NCBI RefSeq assembly: GCF_902713615.1
Contig: NC_052166.1
Coordinates: 1,922,001 to 1,986,000 of the forward strand
From: Scyliorhinus canicula
Taxonomy: Eukaryota
DNA: 64,000 bases
Direction of reading: 5' to 3'
Each line of letters begins with the position of its first letter. Position 1 is the stretch's first letter. The notes under the pieces were generated by a model. That model saw only the letters and a program-made list of their open reading frames with translations. It had not been told where the DNA came from and searched no databases. The position numbers and the translations under genes were made by a program. Shown piece by piece: positions 37,472 through 50,299 of this stretch.

Positions 37472-38695
37472 GAACCGGAGGCCGAAACAGCAGCAACCCG
37501 GGGAGAAAAGGGGGGGGGGGGGGGGAAGGGAGGGGGGGGGGGGGATAGCAACGAAGGGAGCACGTCAGCGGGGGTCGCGGGCAAGGACTGCCCGAGGCCA
37601 TCGGCAGAAAGGGAAAAACGGTTTGGTTGCTAGACTGATAGCGCGGAGGGGGGGGGGGGGAGGGAGGGTGGGGGGGTGCGCGCGGGGGAGGGCGTGGGGA
37701 GGTTTTTCCAGGGGGGACTTGTGGTGTTATAATTTAAAATGTAATAGGGGTAAATGTTTGTATCGAAAAATTTCAATAAAATTATTTTTAAAAAAAAGCT
37801 CCACATTTCGATTGTACCCATCCCCTGCAGTTTCCTTCCCCATCCTATACATCCTAAATCTTGCCGAATAGCATTATAATTGCCTTTCCCCCAGCTATAA
37901 TTCTTGCCTTGCGATATATACCTATCCCTGCCCATTGCTAAAGTAAACATAACCGAATTGTGATCACTATCACCAAAGTGCTCACCTACATCTAAATCTA
38001 ACACCTGACCAGGTTCATTACCCAGTACCAAATCCAATGTGGCCTCGCCCGTTGTTGACCTGTCTACATACTGTGTCAGAAAACCCTCCTGCACACACTG
38101 CACAAAAACTGACCCATCTATTGTACTCGAACTATAGTATTTCCAGTCAATATTTGGAAAGTTAAAGTCCCCCATAACAACTACCCTGTTACTCTTGCTC
38201 CTGTCGAGAATCATCTTTGCAATCCTTTCCTCTACATTTCTGGAACTATTCGGAGGTCTAGAGACAACTCCCAACAGGGTGACCTCTCCTCTCCTGTTAC
38301 TAACCTCGGCCCATACTACCTCAGTAGACGAGTCCTCAAACGTCCTTTCTACCGCAGTAATACTTTCCTTGATTAACAATGCCACACCCCCCCTCTTTTA
38401 CCATCTTCTCTGTTCTTACAGAAACATCTCAATCCTGGAACCTGCAACAACCATTCCTGTCCCTGCTCTACCCATTTGTCCGAAATCGGCACAACATCGA
38501 GATCCCAGGTACCAACCCATGCTGCAAGCCCACCCACCTTATTCCGGATGCTCCTGGCGTTGAAGTAGACACAGTTCAAACCAGCGTCTTGCTTGCCAGT
38601 GCCCTCTTTCGAACTTTTAACCCTATCCCTAACCCCACTACTCTCAACATCCTGTACACTGGGACTACAATTTAGGTTCCCATCCCCCTGCTGAA

Positions 38696-39484
38696 TTAGT
38701 TTAACCCCCCCGCCCCCCCCCCCCCCCGAAGAGCACTAGCAAATCTCCCCCCCAGGATATTGGTATCCCTCTGGTTCAGGTGAAGACCATCCTGTTTGTA
38801 GAGGTCCCACCTACCCCCGAATGAGCCCCAATTATCCAGGAAACCAAAACCCTCCCTCCTGCACCATCCCTGTAGCCACGTGTTCAACTCCTCTCTCTCC
38901 TTATTTCTCACTTCACTAGCACGTGGCACGGGTAACAACCCAGAGATAACAACTCTGTTTGTTCTAGCTCTCAGCTTCCACCCTAGCTCCCTGAATTTCT
39001 GTCTCAAATCCCCATCTCTCTTCCTACCTATGTTGTTGGTACCTATGTGGACCACGACTTGGGGCTGCTCCCCCTCCCCCTTAAGGATCCCAAAAACACG
39101 ATCAGAGACATCACGAACCCTGGCACCTGGGAGACAACACACCAACCGTGAGTCTCTTTCGTTCCCACAGAACCTCCTGTCTGTTCCTCTAACTATGGAG
39201 TCCCCAATGACAAGTGCTCTGTTCCTCTTCTCCCTTCCCTTCTGAGCAACAGGGACAGACTCCGTGCCAGAGACCTGTGCCCCATTGCTTACCCCTGGTA
39301 AGTCATCCCCCGCAACAGTATCCAAAACGATATACTTGTTATAGAGGGGAACGACCACAGGGGATCCCTGCACTGCCTGCCAGTTCCCTCTCCCTCCCCT
39401 GACGGTAACCCATCTACCTTCTTCTTTTACCTGAGGTGTGACTACCTCCCTATAACTCCTCTCAATAACCCCCTCCGCCTCCAA
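38696..39484 (-). pseudogene. CR1 ORF1 SGNH/GDSL esterase domain (5'-truncated)
   Basis: VIGDSIVRG, HIGTNNI, DGLHLN; an esterase domain in CR1 ORF1 is established knowledge. Confidence 0.88.
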
Positions 39485-40004
39485 AATGAGTCAACGGGAA
39501 TTAGAAGAATAAATACAGAGGGAGATTGGAGAGACTTGCAGGAGTAATAGGGTTGTCATAGTAGGGGATTTTAATTTTCCTAACATAGACTGGGACTGCC
39601 ATACTGTTCAGGGAATAGATGGGGTGGAATTTGTTAAGTGTGTTCAGGAAAGTTTCCTCAGATGTGGAGGGGTCCTACTCAGGAAAGGGCAAAACTTGAC
39701 CTACTCTGGGGAACTAGGACAGGACAAGAGACTGAGGTGATGGTGGGGGACCACTTTGGGACCAGTAACCATAGTTCTATTAATTTTTTAATATTTGACT
39801 TATGGTAGCGACTATGGTGTGGTGGTCGCACATTTGGTAGCTCCCGCTTGTGGTGGTCCTTATGGACCTTTTCCCCTGATTTACGGTGGATTTGATCGAC
39901 AAAACAAGGGACTGGTGAAGTAGAAGAGAAGGATTCACCACCAGTGTATGGATTTGTGGACCAGAAGTGGTCTGATACTGACATTGTTTGACTGTTTTTA
40001 CTGA

Positions 40005-42818
40005 CAAAGATGCAAGGAAGCAGACAAGATCCCGAAAGGGCTACAGATTACAAACCCATTCAAGTCGACCTACAACGCAGACTACACTGAGAGACTCTGC
40101 CGTCGCACCTCTCTCACACTCCTCAACCACCTGGTACACCAGCTCTATAGCGACGCCGCAACCTGGAAACCAAGATAGAGACCATATTCTCAACCTGCGC
40201 TCAGGACGCAGCAGACCAGCTGCGGAACACCGCCAAACAGATGAGACAACGATACTACGCCACCTATATGCACATCTAGAACAGGAAACTTGAGAAACCC
40301 GGGATTACCACCAGCAGCAACCAAGCCTCCCCCGGTATCACAGTAGAAACCAATACAGGGACATCTATTGTCAACTTGTCGGACTGCACCCTTCAACCAG
40401 ACGAAATCAAAATCCTCCGCAGAAGGTTCAATTTCTGCACCACCACCAAAATGGACCCCATCAGTCTCGCGGCAGATACGGAGAAATTCATAAGGCGAAT
40501 GAGACTCTGGGAGTTCTTCCACAGACCACAAGGGGCTTACAGCGAATCCAATGAGACAACCAATGAACCGGAACAGCAGACCGAGAGATCTGGTGTGCGG
40601 CAACCAAAGAGGAAAGAGTCAAATTGGACCCCTCCAGAAGGTCACTGCCCTAGACTCGGCATGTATGCTCAAGCCGTCAGGAGTCACGTCAATGCCAGAT
40701 TCATCATCGCATTCACAAGACAGCCCCGAGCATCACCCAAGCACAACGCAAGGCCATTCGCGCTCTCAAGACCAACTGCAACATCATCATCAAACCAGCA
40801 GACAAAGGAGGGGCCACCATCATACTGAACAGAATGGACTACTGAAAAGAAGTGTACCGACAACGCACAATCAGGAACACTACAGGCAGTTACCCGCAGA
40901 TCCGACCAAGGAACACATCCGCCAACTCAACAGACTGATCAAGACCTTGGATCCAGACCTTCAGAGCACCCTACGTGCTCTCATCCCACGTAATCCCCGC
41001 GTTGGAGATCTCGAATGTCTCCCGAAAATACACAAGGCCAACACACTGGGCCATCCTATCACTCTGTGTGAGAACCTCTCTGGCTACATAAAGGGCATCT
41101 TGAAACCCATCGTACAAGAAACGCCCAGCTTCTGTCGCGATACGACGGACTTCTTACAGAAACTCAGCACCCATGGACCAGTTGAACCAGGAACATTCCT
41201 CATCACAATGGACGTCTCGGCACTCTACACCAGCATCAACCATGACGACGGCATTGCTGCAACAGCCTCAGTACTCAACACTGACAACTGCCAATCTCCA
41301 GATGCAATTCTGCAACTCATCCGCTTAATTCTGGATCACAACGTCTTCACCTTCGACAACAAGTTCTTCATCCAGACACATGGAACAGCCATAGGACCAA
41401 ATTTGCACCTCAATATGCCAACATCTCATGCACAGGTTTGAACAAGACCTCCTCACAGCACAGGACCTTCAACCGACGTTATACACCAGATACATCGATT
41501 ACATTTTTTTCCTTTGGACCCACGGCAAAGAATCACTGAAACGACTATACGATAACATCAGTAAGTTCAATCCCACCATCAGACTCACCATGGAGTACTC
41601 TCCAAAATCGGTTGCATTGTTGGACAAACTCATCTCCATCAAGGACTGTCACCTCAGCACTTTGCTTTACCGCAAGCCCACAGATAACCTCACGATGATC
41701 CATTTCTTCAACTTCCACCCGAAACACATTAAATAAGCCATCCCCTATGGACAAGCCCTCCATATACACAGGATCTGCTCAGACGAGGAGGAGCGTAATA
41801 GACATCTACTGACGCTGAAAGATGCCCTTGTACGAACTGGATATGGCGCTCGACTCATCGATCGACAGTTCCAACACGCCACAGCAAAAAACCGCACCAA
41901 CCTCCTCAGAAGACAAACACGGGACACAACTGACAGAGTACCCTTTGTCGTCCATTATTTCCCCGGAGCAGAGAAACTACGACATCTTCTTTGCAGCCTT
42001 CAATACGTCATCGATGAAGACGAACATTTTGCCAAGGTCATCCCCATACCCCCACTAATTGCCTTCAAACAACCGCGCAATCTCAAACAAACAATTTCTT
42101 GCAACAAACTACCCAGCCTTCAGAACAGCGACCACGACACCACACAGCCCTGCCAGGGCAATCTCTGCAAGACACATGAGAACACCACCCACTAGGTATG
42201 TGGTACATACTCGTGTGACTCGGACAATGTTGTCTACCTCATACGCTGCAGGAAAGGATGTCCTGAAGCGTGGTACTTTGGCAAGACCATACAGACGCTA
42301 CGACAATGGATGAACGGACATCGCACGACAATCGCCAGGCAGGAATGTTCCCTTCCAGTCGGGGAACACTTCAGCAGTCAAGGGCATTCAGCCTCTGATC
42401 TCGGGTAAGCGTTCTCCAAGGCAGCCTTCAGGATGCGCGACAACGGAGAATCGCTGAGCAAAAACTTATAGCCAAGTTCCGCACGCATGAGTACGGCCTC
42501 AACCGGGAACTTGGATTCATGTCGCATTACATTCACCTCCCACCATCTGGCCTGAGCTTCCAAAATCCTACCAACTGTCCTGGCTTGAGATAATTCACAC
42601 CTCTTTAACCTGGGATTACCCCTATCTCTGGATCTGTAAAGACTTAATTATCTTCAAAGACTCGCATTCAAAGTATTGTCCTGCATCTTTTACTTTGTCT
42701 GTATATATGTTTCTGGAACATTCCTCTCCATTCACCTGAGGAAGGAGCAGTGCTCCGAAAGCTAGTGATTTGAAACAAACCTGTTGGACTTTAATCTGGT
42801 GTTGTAAGACTTCTTACT
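40005..42818 (+). mobile_element. Penelope-like element (RT plus GIY-YIG), 5'-truncated, frameshifted
   Basis: PKIHK, MDVSALYTSI, QTHGTAIG, YTRYIDYIF, NVVYLIRC...WYFGKT...WMNGHR; 3' pseudo-LTR region ending gacttcttact. Confidence 0.9.
42732..42768 (+). ncRNA. Minimal type I hammerhead ribozyme motif
   Basis: TCAC-CTGAGGA-A-GGAGC(AGT)GCTCC-GAA-AGCT-A-GTGA: core CUGANGA/GAAA, 5-bp stem II, palindromic stem III, 4-bp stem I. Confidence 0.85.
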
Positions 42819-44160
42819 GAAAAGAAGAGAACGTTGGACGAAGATGCGGTACAGGGGAATATGGTGGAAGGTCAGGGAACGATGCCACCAGCCCATTAGT
42901 GGCCTTTCTCCATGAGAAATTTGCTCAGCAGAGAAAAGAATATCTGGATCCGATAAAGCTGGGATTGATCGTGTGGAGCAGAGATTGGAAACCCAGGGCC
43001 AGATGATCCAGAAGGTGGAAGAGGACCAGCTAACCGCGATGGTGGTGGAGATGGGATTGATGAAGGACCACCAGAAGATGCTGCAAAATAAAGTGGGAGA
43101 TCTGGAGAACAGATCGCATAGGCAGAACCTGAGGATCATTGGCCTGCCGGAGGGCAGCAAGGGATCGGATGCAGATGTATATGTAGCACGTATGTTCGAG
43201 AAGCTGCTGGGAGAAGGTGCGTTTGCTCGACTCTTGGAGGTGGACAAGGCGCACATGACGCTTATGAAGAAGCCGCAGAGGACCAAGCCGCCGAGGGCGA
43301 TGGTGGTACGAATGCACCGGTTCCTGGACAAGGAACAACCTTGAGGTGGGCCAGGCAGACGAGGAGCTGTTTATGGGAAGGCAATGTCTATCAGGACCTG
43401 GATGCAGAATTGGCCAAAAGAAGGACGCGTTTTAATAAAGTGAAATCGACCCACTTTAAGTAGGGGGTGAAGTTTGGCACATTTGTGGGTCACTTATGAG
43501 GGTCAGGAACTTTACTTTGGAACGCCAGAAGAGGCGATGAACTTTGGCAGGGGACTGGCAGGAGATGGAAAACATTGAACTTGGGGGCGAGTAATTGTGT
43601 GCTGTTAAACCTCTCCTTTTTTTCCTTCTGGTTCTGTGTGTATTATTTTGCACTACGTTTTGGTCCGTTGCTCAGTTTTGTTTGCGGGTTAACTTTGTTC
43701 TTAATGGGGGATGGTGGGTGGAATTCTCTACTTTGTGTTTGTTGGGGATTGTAATTTCGAGTATGCATGTAAGTTGATCGAGCGGGGGGAGGGGGAATCA
43801 GTGGGGGGGGATAGGATGCTTGGCGCCATGGGCGGGAGCTGCTCGGCTAGCTGGGCGAGTTAGCTCACGGAAGCATAGTGGGGGGTGAGCAGGTGATAAG
43901 TTTGCTGAAGGGGGTTGGGATTGTTATTTTGTTATGGGGCAGGGAGAGGGAGGGGGTGTATTGATCTACTGACAGGGGAGGGACTGGTGTTTGGCTACAG
44001 AATGGTGCCGATGATGGTGGGCGCCTGGGGGCAGGCTTGAAGAGGCACGGGATGTGGGCTGGAGCCTGGCCTAAGAAGGGTTATGGTTGATCAGCAGGGG
44101 AGGGGCCGGGTGCTCCCTGACCAGGCTGATCATATGGAATGGGCCGGTCAAGAGGGCCCA

Positions 44161-44850
44161 CACGCTCTGTTGTTGAAAACTCACCACTATTCTTAGAATT
44201 CCCCCATACCAAAAAGGGTCGATATTCTAAATGATGAACAGGGATTCTCACTCCCTGACTCCGGTGCAGGCTTCGGTGGGTGCTATTTAGGTCAAACTAT
44301 ATTCAAGATATCCCCCATACCTTCACCGAAGAATTTTACCTACTTACCCCTTAGTAGCATTGATATCCTGGGTCCTGCGTTGCTAAGTAAGTAAAGTATA
44401 CTTTGGAATAACCATTGTTTCAGGTTAAAATTTTAAGTTTTTTTTAAATTATATTTTTTCTTTTAAAAGCTGCAATCACTGTCTTTACAGAAAGGTAAAA
44501 AGATCTTGCTTCTAGATCCTTCTGGTTGGTTGAAGGGACTTTCAGGCCCACCTTGACAATCTTTTTCAAATCTGGTCTTCTTTAGATGTATTCACTGTTC
44601 TGCTCGGTTGCTGTGCCCTATCTTTCCCCTGTACCGAGCTGTGAGAGCTGACTCTGCTGACTGTCTCTGAGCTGACTCTGCCTCCTCTTTAAATTCTGGT
44701 CTTCCTTAAATGTATGAGCTGTTTTAGCTCGGCTATTTGGCTCTGTCCTTTTCCCATGACCGAGCTGACCGTAAGCTAACTCTGCTTGCTTCTCTTGTTT
44801 CTTCTCTGCCTCTCTGCTTCTCTCTGAGTTCTAGTAGTTCCTGCTAGGGT
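44161..44850. other. Unassigned ~690-bp insertion in L1 ORF2 (LTR-like?)
   Basis: Interrupts the L1 APE reading; contains TGTTGTTG near its left end; internal gagctgactctg repeats. Confidence 0.35.
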
Positions 44851-45250
44851 AGCGATTTTGATCAATAAGCAGGTGTCATTTGAAGTGGGAAGTATAGTGG
44901 CAGACGGGGAGTAGGTACATTATGGTGAGTGGGAAGCTGGAGGGGATGCCGGTGGTATTAGTGAACATCTATGCACCAAACTGGGATGACGTGGAGTTTA
45001 TGAGGCAGGTGTTGGGGAAGATTCACATAGGCTGATCACTTGGGTGGATTCTAATACGGTTATAGATCCGAGGTTGGATCGGTTGAGTTTGAGGACACGG
45101 ATCAACTTTTTCGTTTGGACAGGGCTTTTCTGATGGGGGTGGTAGATTCCGAGTACTCCCCGATTTTTGTGTTGGACCATGCCTCCACACTGGGTGGATT
45201 TATGGGTGAGCAAGGAGGGGGGGCTAACTCCCGCACTGGAGATTAGATGT

Positions 45251-45594
45251 GGGCAGCACGGTAGCATGGTGGTTAGCATATATGCTTCACAGCTCCAGGG
45301 TCCCAGGTTCGGTTCCCGGCTGGGTCACTGTCTGTGCGGAGTCTGCACGTCCTCCCCGTGTGTGCGTGGGTTTCCTCCGGGTGCTCCGGTTTCCTCCCAC
45401 AGTCCAAAGATGTGCGGGTTAGGTGGATTGGCCATGCTAAATTGCCCGTAGTGTCCTAATAAGTAAGGTTAAGGGGGGTGTTGTTGGGTTACGGGTATAG
45501 GGTGGATACGTGGGTTTGAGTAGGGTGATCATTGCTCGGCACAACATCGAGGGCCGAAGGGCCTGTTCTGTGCTGTACTGTTCTATGTTCTATG
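45251..45594 (+). mobile_element. Young V-SINE
   Basis: Complete copy. Confidence 0.92.
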
Positions 45595-46917
45595 TAGGAC
45601 TGTTCGCAGAGGATGAGGTGTGTGCGGGTGAGGGAGGCCACCCAGAATTATGTGAAGGTAAGTGACACAGGAGTTTTCGGCAGCAATGGTATGGGAGGCG
45701 CTGAAGGCAGTAGTTAGGGGGAGTTGATTTTGGTTCGGGCTCATAGGGAGAAGGTGGTATGGGCGGAAATGGACAGACTGTTTAGGGAGATTCTCCAGGT
45801 GGATAGGAGTTACTCAGAGGCCCCGGAGTGGAGCTGTTGAAGGAACGGCAGAAGTTGCAGATGGAGTTTGGTCTGCTATCCACAGGGAAGGCGGTGGGAC
45901 GGTTGAAGAAGGCGAGGGGGCGGTGTATGAATATTTGGAGAAGGGCAGCAGGAAGTTAGCACACCAGCTCAGGAAATGGGAGGTAGCTATGGAGATAGGA
46001 AGAGTGGAGGATAGAGGGGGGACACGTTCTTGGATGGTGCGGGGGTGCACAGGGTGCTCAAGGAATTCTACAGTCGGCTGTATGAGTCGGAGCCCCCAGC
46101 TGGGGTGGAGGGAGTGAGGCGATTTTTGGAAAGTTTAGAGTCTCTGAAGATGGAGGAAGGGTTGGTGGATGGTCTGGGAACCCCAATCGGGCTCGTTGAA
46201 GTAGTGTAGGGATTGGAGGCTATGCAGTAGGGCAAGGTCCCGGGAGCGGACAGGGTGGAATTTTATAAGTAGTTTACTGGGGTGCAAGGGCCGTTACGGG
46301 TGAGGGCATTTAACGATGCTATTCTTCTCCCAACTGTCACAGGCTTCGATCTCATTGATTCTGAAGCAGCAGAAGGACCCAGAACAATGCGGGTCGTACA
46401 GGCCAATCTCCTTACTGAATGTAGACGCCAAATTGTTGGCCAAGATTTTGTCCTCGAGAATAGAAGATTGTGACCCAGAGATGATAGGGGAGGACTAGAT
46501 GGGAGTTAATGTCCAATGTTAGAAGGCTATTGAATGCCCTCATGATGCCCTCCGAGGGTAGGGAGGTGGAGGTAGTGGTTGTTATGAACTCAGAAAAGGC
46601 CTTTGACCAGGTGGTGTGGAAGTATTTGTGGAAGGTCCTGGGGTGGTTTGGGTTTGGGCAGGGCTTTGTAGACTGGGTCCGGTTGCTGTACCAGGCACCA
46701 GTGGCGAGGGTGTGGACGAACCGAATGAGCTCAGAATATTTTAGACTGTACCGTGGAGCGAGGCAGGGATGTCCACTCTCTCCACTATTGTTTGCCTTGG
46801 CTATAGAGCCATTGGCAATGGTGCTGAGAGCGTCAAAGGACTGGAAGGGGTTAGTCCAGGGGAGGGTGGAGCACAGGGTCTCATTATATGTGGATGACCG
46901 ACTCCTCTATACATAGG

Positions 46918-47955
46918 ATCGAGGCAACTCAAAACAGATGAAGCTTTGGAGGAATATCGGGAAAGTAGGACGAATCTCAAACGCGCAATAAAGAGGGCTA
47001 AAAAGGGGTCATGAAATATCTTTGGCAAACAGGGTTAAGGAAAATCCCAAAGCCTTTTATTCGTATGTAAGGAGCAAGAGGGTAACTAGAGAAAGTATTG
47101 GCCCATTCAAAGCCAAAAGAGGGAATTTATGCGTGGATGGAGTTCAATCCAGGCAAATGCGAGGTGATGCATTTTGGAAGATCAAATTCAAGAGCAGACT
47201 ATACGGTCAATGGAAGAGTCTTGGGGAAAATTGATGTACAGAGAGATCTGGGAGTTCAGGTCCATTGTACCTTGAAGGTGGCAACGCAGGTCGATAGAGT
47301 GGTCAAGAAGGCATACAGCATACTTGCCTTCATTGGACGGGGTATTAAGTACAAGAGTTGGCAGGTCATGTTACAGTTGTGTAGGACTTTGGTTCGGCCA
47401 CATTTGGAATACTGCGTGCAGTTCTGGTCGCCACATTACCAGAAGGATGTGGATGCTTTGGAGAGGGTGCAGAGGAGGTTCACCAGGATGTTGCCTGGTA
47501 TGGAGGGTGCTAGCTATGAAGAAAGGTTGAGTAGATTAGGATAGTTTTTGTTGGAAAGATGGAGGTTGAGGGGGGACCTGATTGAGGTCTACAAAATCAT
47601 GAGAGGTATGGACAGGGTGGATAGCAACAAGCTTTTCCCAAGAGTGGGAGTGTCAGTTACAAGGGGTCATGATTTTAAGGTGAGAGGGGGAAAGTTTAAG
47701 GGAGATGTGCGTGGAAAGTTTTTTACGCAGAGGCTGGTGGGTGCCTGGAACGCCTCACCAGCGGAGGTGGTAGAGGCGGGCACGATGGCATCATTTAAGA
47801 GGCATCTAGACAGATATATGGTCGTGCGAGGAACAGAGGGAAGTAGACCTTGGAAAATAGGACACAGGTTTAGATAAAGGATCTGGATCGGCGCAGGCTG
47901 GGAGGGCCGAAGGGCCTGTTCCTGTGCTTTAATTTTCTTTGTTCTTTGTTCTTTG
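46918..47955 (+). mobile_element. Internally deleted CR1 with (TTCTTTG)n tail
   Basis: ANRVKENPKAFYSY...; KCEVMHFG...LERVQRRFTRM; deletion junction ~47137. Confidence 0.82.
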
Positions 47956-48473
47956 TATATTCCAGACCCGTTAGTGGGGAATGGGAGAGATTATGCGGAT
48001 CCTAGGGGAATTTGTCCGGTTCTCGGGGTATAAATTGAATATGGGTAAGAGTGAGGTCTTTGTGATCCAGGCGAGGGGACAGGAGAGGAGACTGGGGGAG
48101 ATGTTGTTTAAAGTGGTGGGTGGGAGTTTTCGGTACTTGGGAATTCAGGGGGCACGGGGAGAAGAGCAGCTACATAAATTAAATCTGGCCCGATTAGTTG
48201 AGCAAATGAAGAATGACTTTCGGAGGTGGGACATGCTCCCGCTGTCACTGGCAGAGAGGGTACAGACCATAAAGATGACGGTTCTCCTGAGATTTTTGTT
48301 TGTTTTCCAGTGCCTCCCTATTTTTTTTAAGCCTTTTTTAAGTGGGTCAATGCGTTGATCTCTGGTTTTGTTTGGGCAGGCAAAACCCCATGAGTAAGGA
48401 AGGTGCTGTAGGTGCGGAGCAGAGCGGGGGTGGGGGGGGGAGGGGTCAGTGTGGGAGCGGGTGTAAGCAGCAT

Positions 48474-48776
48474 CATGTAGAATCATAGAATTTGCAGTGC
48501 AGAAGGAGGCCATTCGGCCCATTGAGTCTGCACTGGTCCTTGGAAAGAGCACGCACGCTGCCAACCTATCCCAGTAACCCCACCTAAAGTTTTTGGACAC
48601 TAAGGGCAATTAAGCATGGCCAATCTACCTAACCTGCACATCTTTGGACTGTGGGAGGAAAGTGGAGCACCCGGGGAGAATGTGCAGACTCCACACAGAC
48701 TGATCCAAACCGGGAATCGAAGCTGGGACCCTGGAGCTGTGAAGCCACAATGCTAACCACTGTGCTACTGTGCTAC
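48474..48776 (-). mobile_element. V-SINE with short deletions
   Basis: Head, core and tail on the minus strand. Confidence 0.85.
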
Positions 48777-48914
48777 TCTCAAATTGCGGTGGGATAGTCA
48801 ATACTGTGGAGGATAGCAACAAATTACAGGAGGACATCAATAAACTTGCAGAATGGGCAAATAATTGACAAATGGAGATCAACAAAGATAAATGTAAGAA
48901 TCACATTTTGATAT

Positions 48915-49032
48915 AAGCAAATTCCAACGGACAGCTTTGACAAAGAGTCATCGGACTTGAAACGTTAGCTCTTTTCTCTCCCTTCAGATGCTGCCAGACC
49001 TGCTGAGATTTTCCAGCATTTTCTCTTTCATT
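48915..49032 (+). mobile_element. 118-bp Penelope-type non-autonomous element containing a hammerhead-like motif
   Basis: 14-bp TSD tcacattttgatat (48901-48914, 49033-49046); AGCT-TTGACAA-AGAGTC(ATCG)GACTT-GAA-ACGT-T-AGCT. Confidence 0.75.
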
Positions 49033-50299
49033 TCACATTTTGATATGATGAACTGGGAGGTCAGTTATTACTTGCAAAGTACAAATATAGGTGAGGTAGA
49101 GGAACAAAGGGATCATTGAGTACCAAAATACCAATCGCTAATGTGGGGAGGCTGGATGGAGGGTTTCAGAGGTGGCAGAGAGCAGGGATTGAGAGGCCGG
49201 GGGACCTATTTATCCATGGGAGCTTTCCTTGTTTGGAGGATTTGGAGGAGGAATTTGAACCGCCAGGAGGGAATATGTTTCGTTATCTGCAGGTGAGGGA
49301 CTTTGTATGAAGGCAGGTTTCAAACTTTCCGCTTCTACCGCCCCAGGGGATACAGGACAAGGTCGTTTCAAAAATGGGGGTGGGAGAGGAGAAAGTCTCG
49401 GAAATTTGTAAAGAGCTCAAGGATAGGAGAGAACATATATAGGGGAGGTAAAGCGTAAGTGGAAAGTTGAGTTGGGTAAGGAACTAGAGGCGGGTTTGTG
49501 GGAGGGTGCTCTGAGCAGAGTCAACACGTCCTCATCATGTGCCAGGCTCAGCCTGATACAGTTTAAGGGATCCACCGGGCACACATGACAGTGGCCCGGA
49601 TAAGCAGGTTCTTTGAAGGGATGGAGGACAAGTATGGGCGATGTGCAGGAGGGCCCGCAAATCATGTCCACATGTTTTGGGCATGTCCGAAGCTTAGGGG
49701 ATTCTGGCAGGGATTTGCCAATGTCATGTCCACGGTATTAAAGACAAGGGTGGCACCGAGTCCAGAAGTGGCGATTTTTGCAGTGTCGGAAGACCTGGGA
49801 GTCCAGGGGGCAGGAGAGGCTGACGTTTTGGACTTTGCCTCCTTGGTAGCCTGGAGATGGATCCTATTAACGTGGAGGGACTCAGGGCCCTGAAAGCTGG
49901 GGTATGGGTTAGCGATATGGCTGGGTTTCTCAGGCTTGAGAAATCAAGTTCGCCCTGAGAGGATCAACGTTAGTGTTTGTCTGGAGGTGGCAGCCATTGT
50001 CAACTTCTTCGGGGAAAATTAAACTGTTAGCAGACACAATAGGAGGGGTTGAGGGGAGGGGGGGGGGGGTAGGTGGAGATAGTTTTGTTTAGTTTAGATG
50101 GGATCAGCGAGAGGTGGGAGGGACTGGGGAATAGTGTGTAGAAGCCATTTTGGCTGTGTATGATTGTTGGTTGGGGTGTGTTATTTACTGAGCTATGTTT
50201 ACATTTGTATTTGTTGTTATAAAATCTGAAATGCCTTTATAATATGTTTTTAAAATGTTTTTTAAAGTAGGTATGGAAAGGGACAAAACTGGTCCACAG

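Larger units (their letters stand above)
31740..37792 (+). mobile_element. Full-length, near-intact L1-clade LINE (6.05 kb)
   Basis: 19-bp TSD aaaaagctccacatttcga (31721-31739, 37793-37811); AATAAA and an A-rich end; ORF1, spacer, ORF2. Confidence 0.95.
29679..39488 (-). mobile_element. CR1 LINE copy B (ORF1 esterase part plus ORF2), split by L1
   Basis: ORF2 pieces 38373-38579, 37812-38385, 31126-31734, 29801-31135 (SKFADDTK); agtca duplicated at 29674-29678 and 39489-39493. Confidence 0.9.
39797..50266 (+). mobile_element. Older full-length L1-clade LINE, heavily interrupted
   Basis: 5' end gtcgcacatttggtagctcc like 31740; ORF1 42973-43344; ORF2 pieces 44087-44160, 44850-45250, 45595-46917, 47956-48473, 49120-50030. 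Confidence 0.8.

Noticed and set aside
37420-37871. Long C-terminal tail of the 983-aa ORF
   Set aside because: It is produced by a -1 frameshift; the corrected ORF2 stops at 37471.
45251-45330. tRNA genes at SINE 5' ends
   Set aside because: They are tRNA-derived SINE heads followed by the V core, with no complete cloverleaf.
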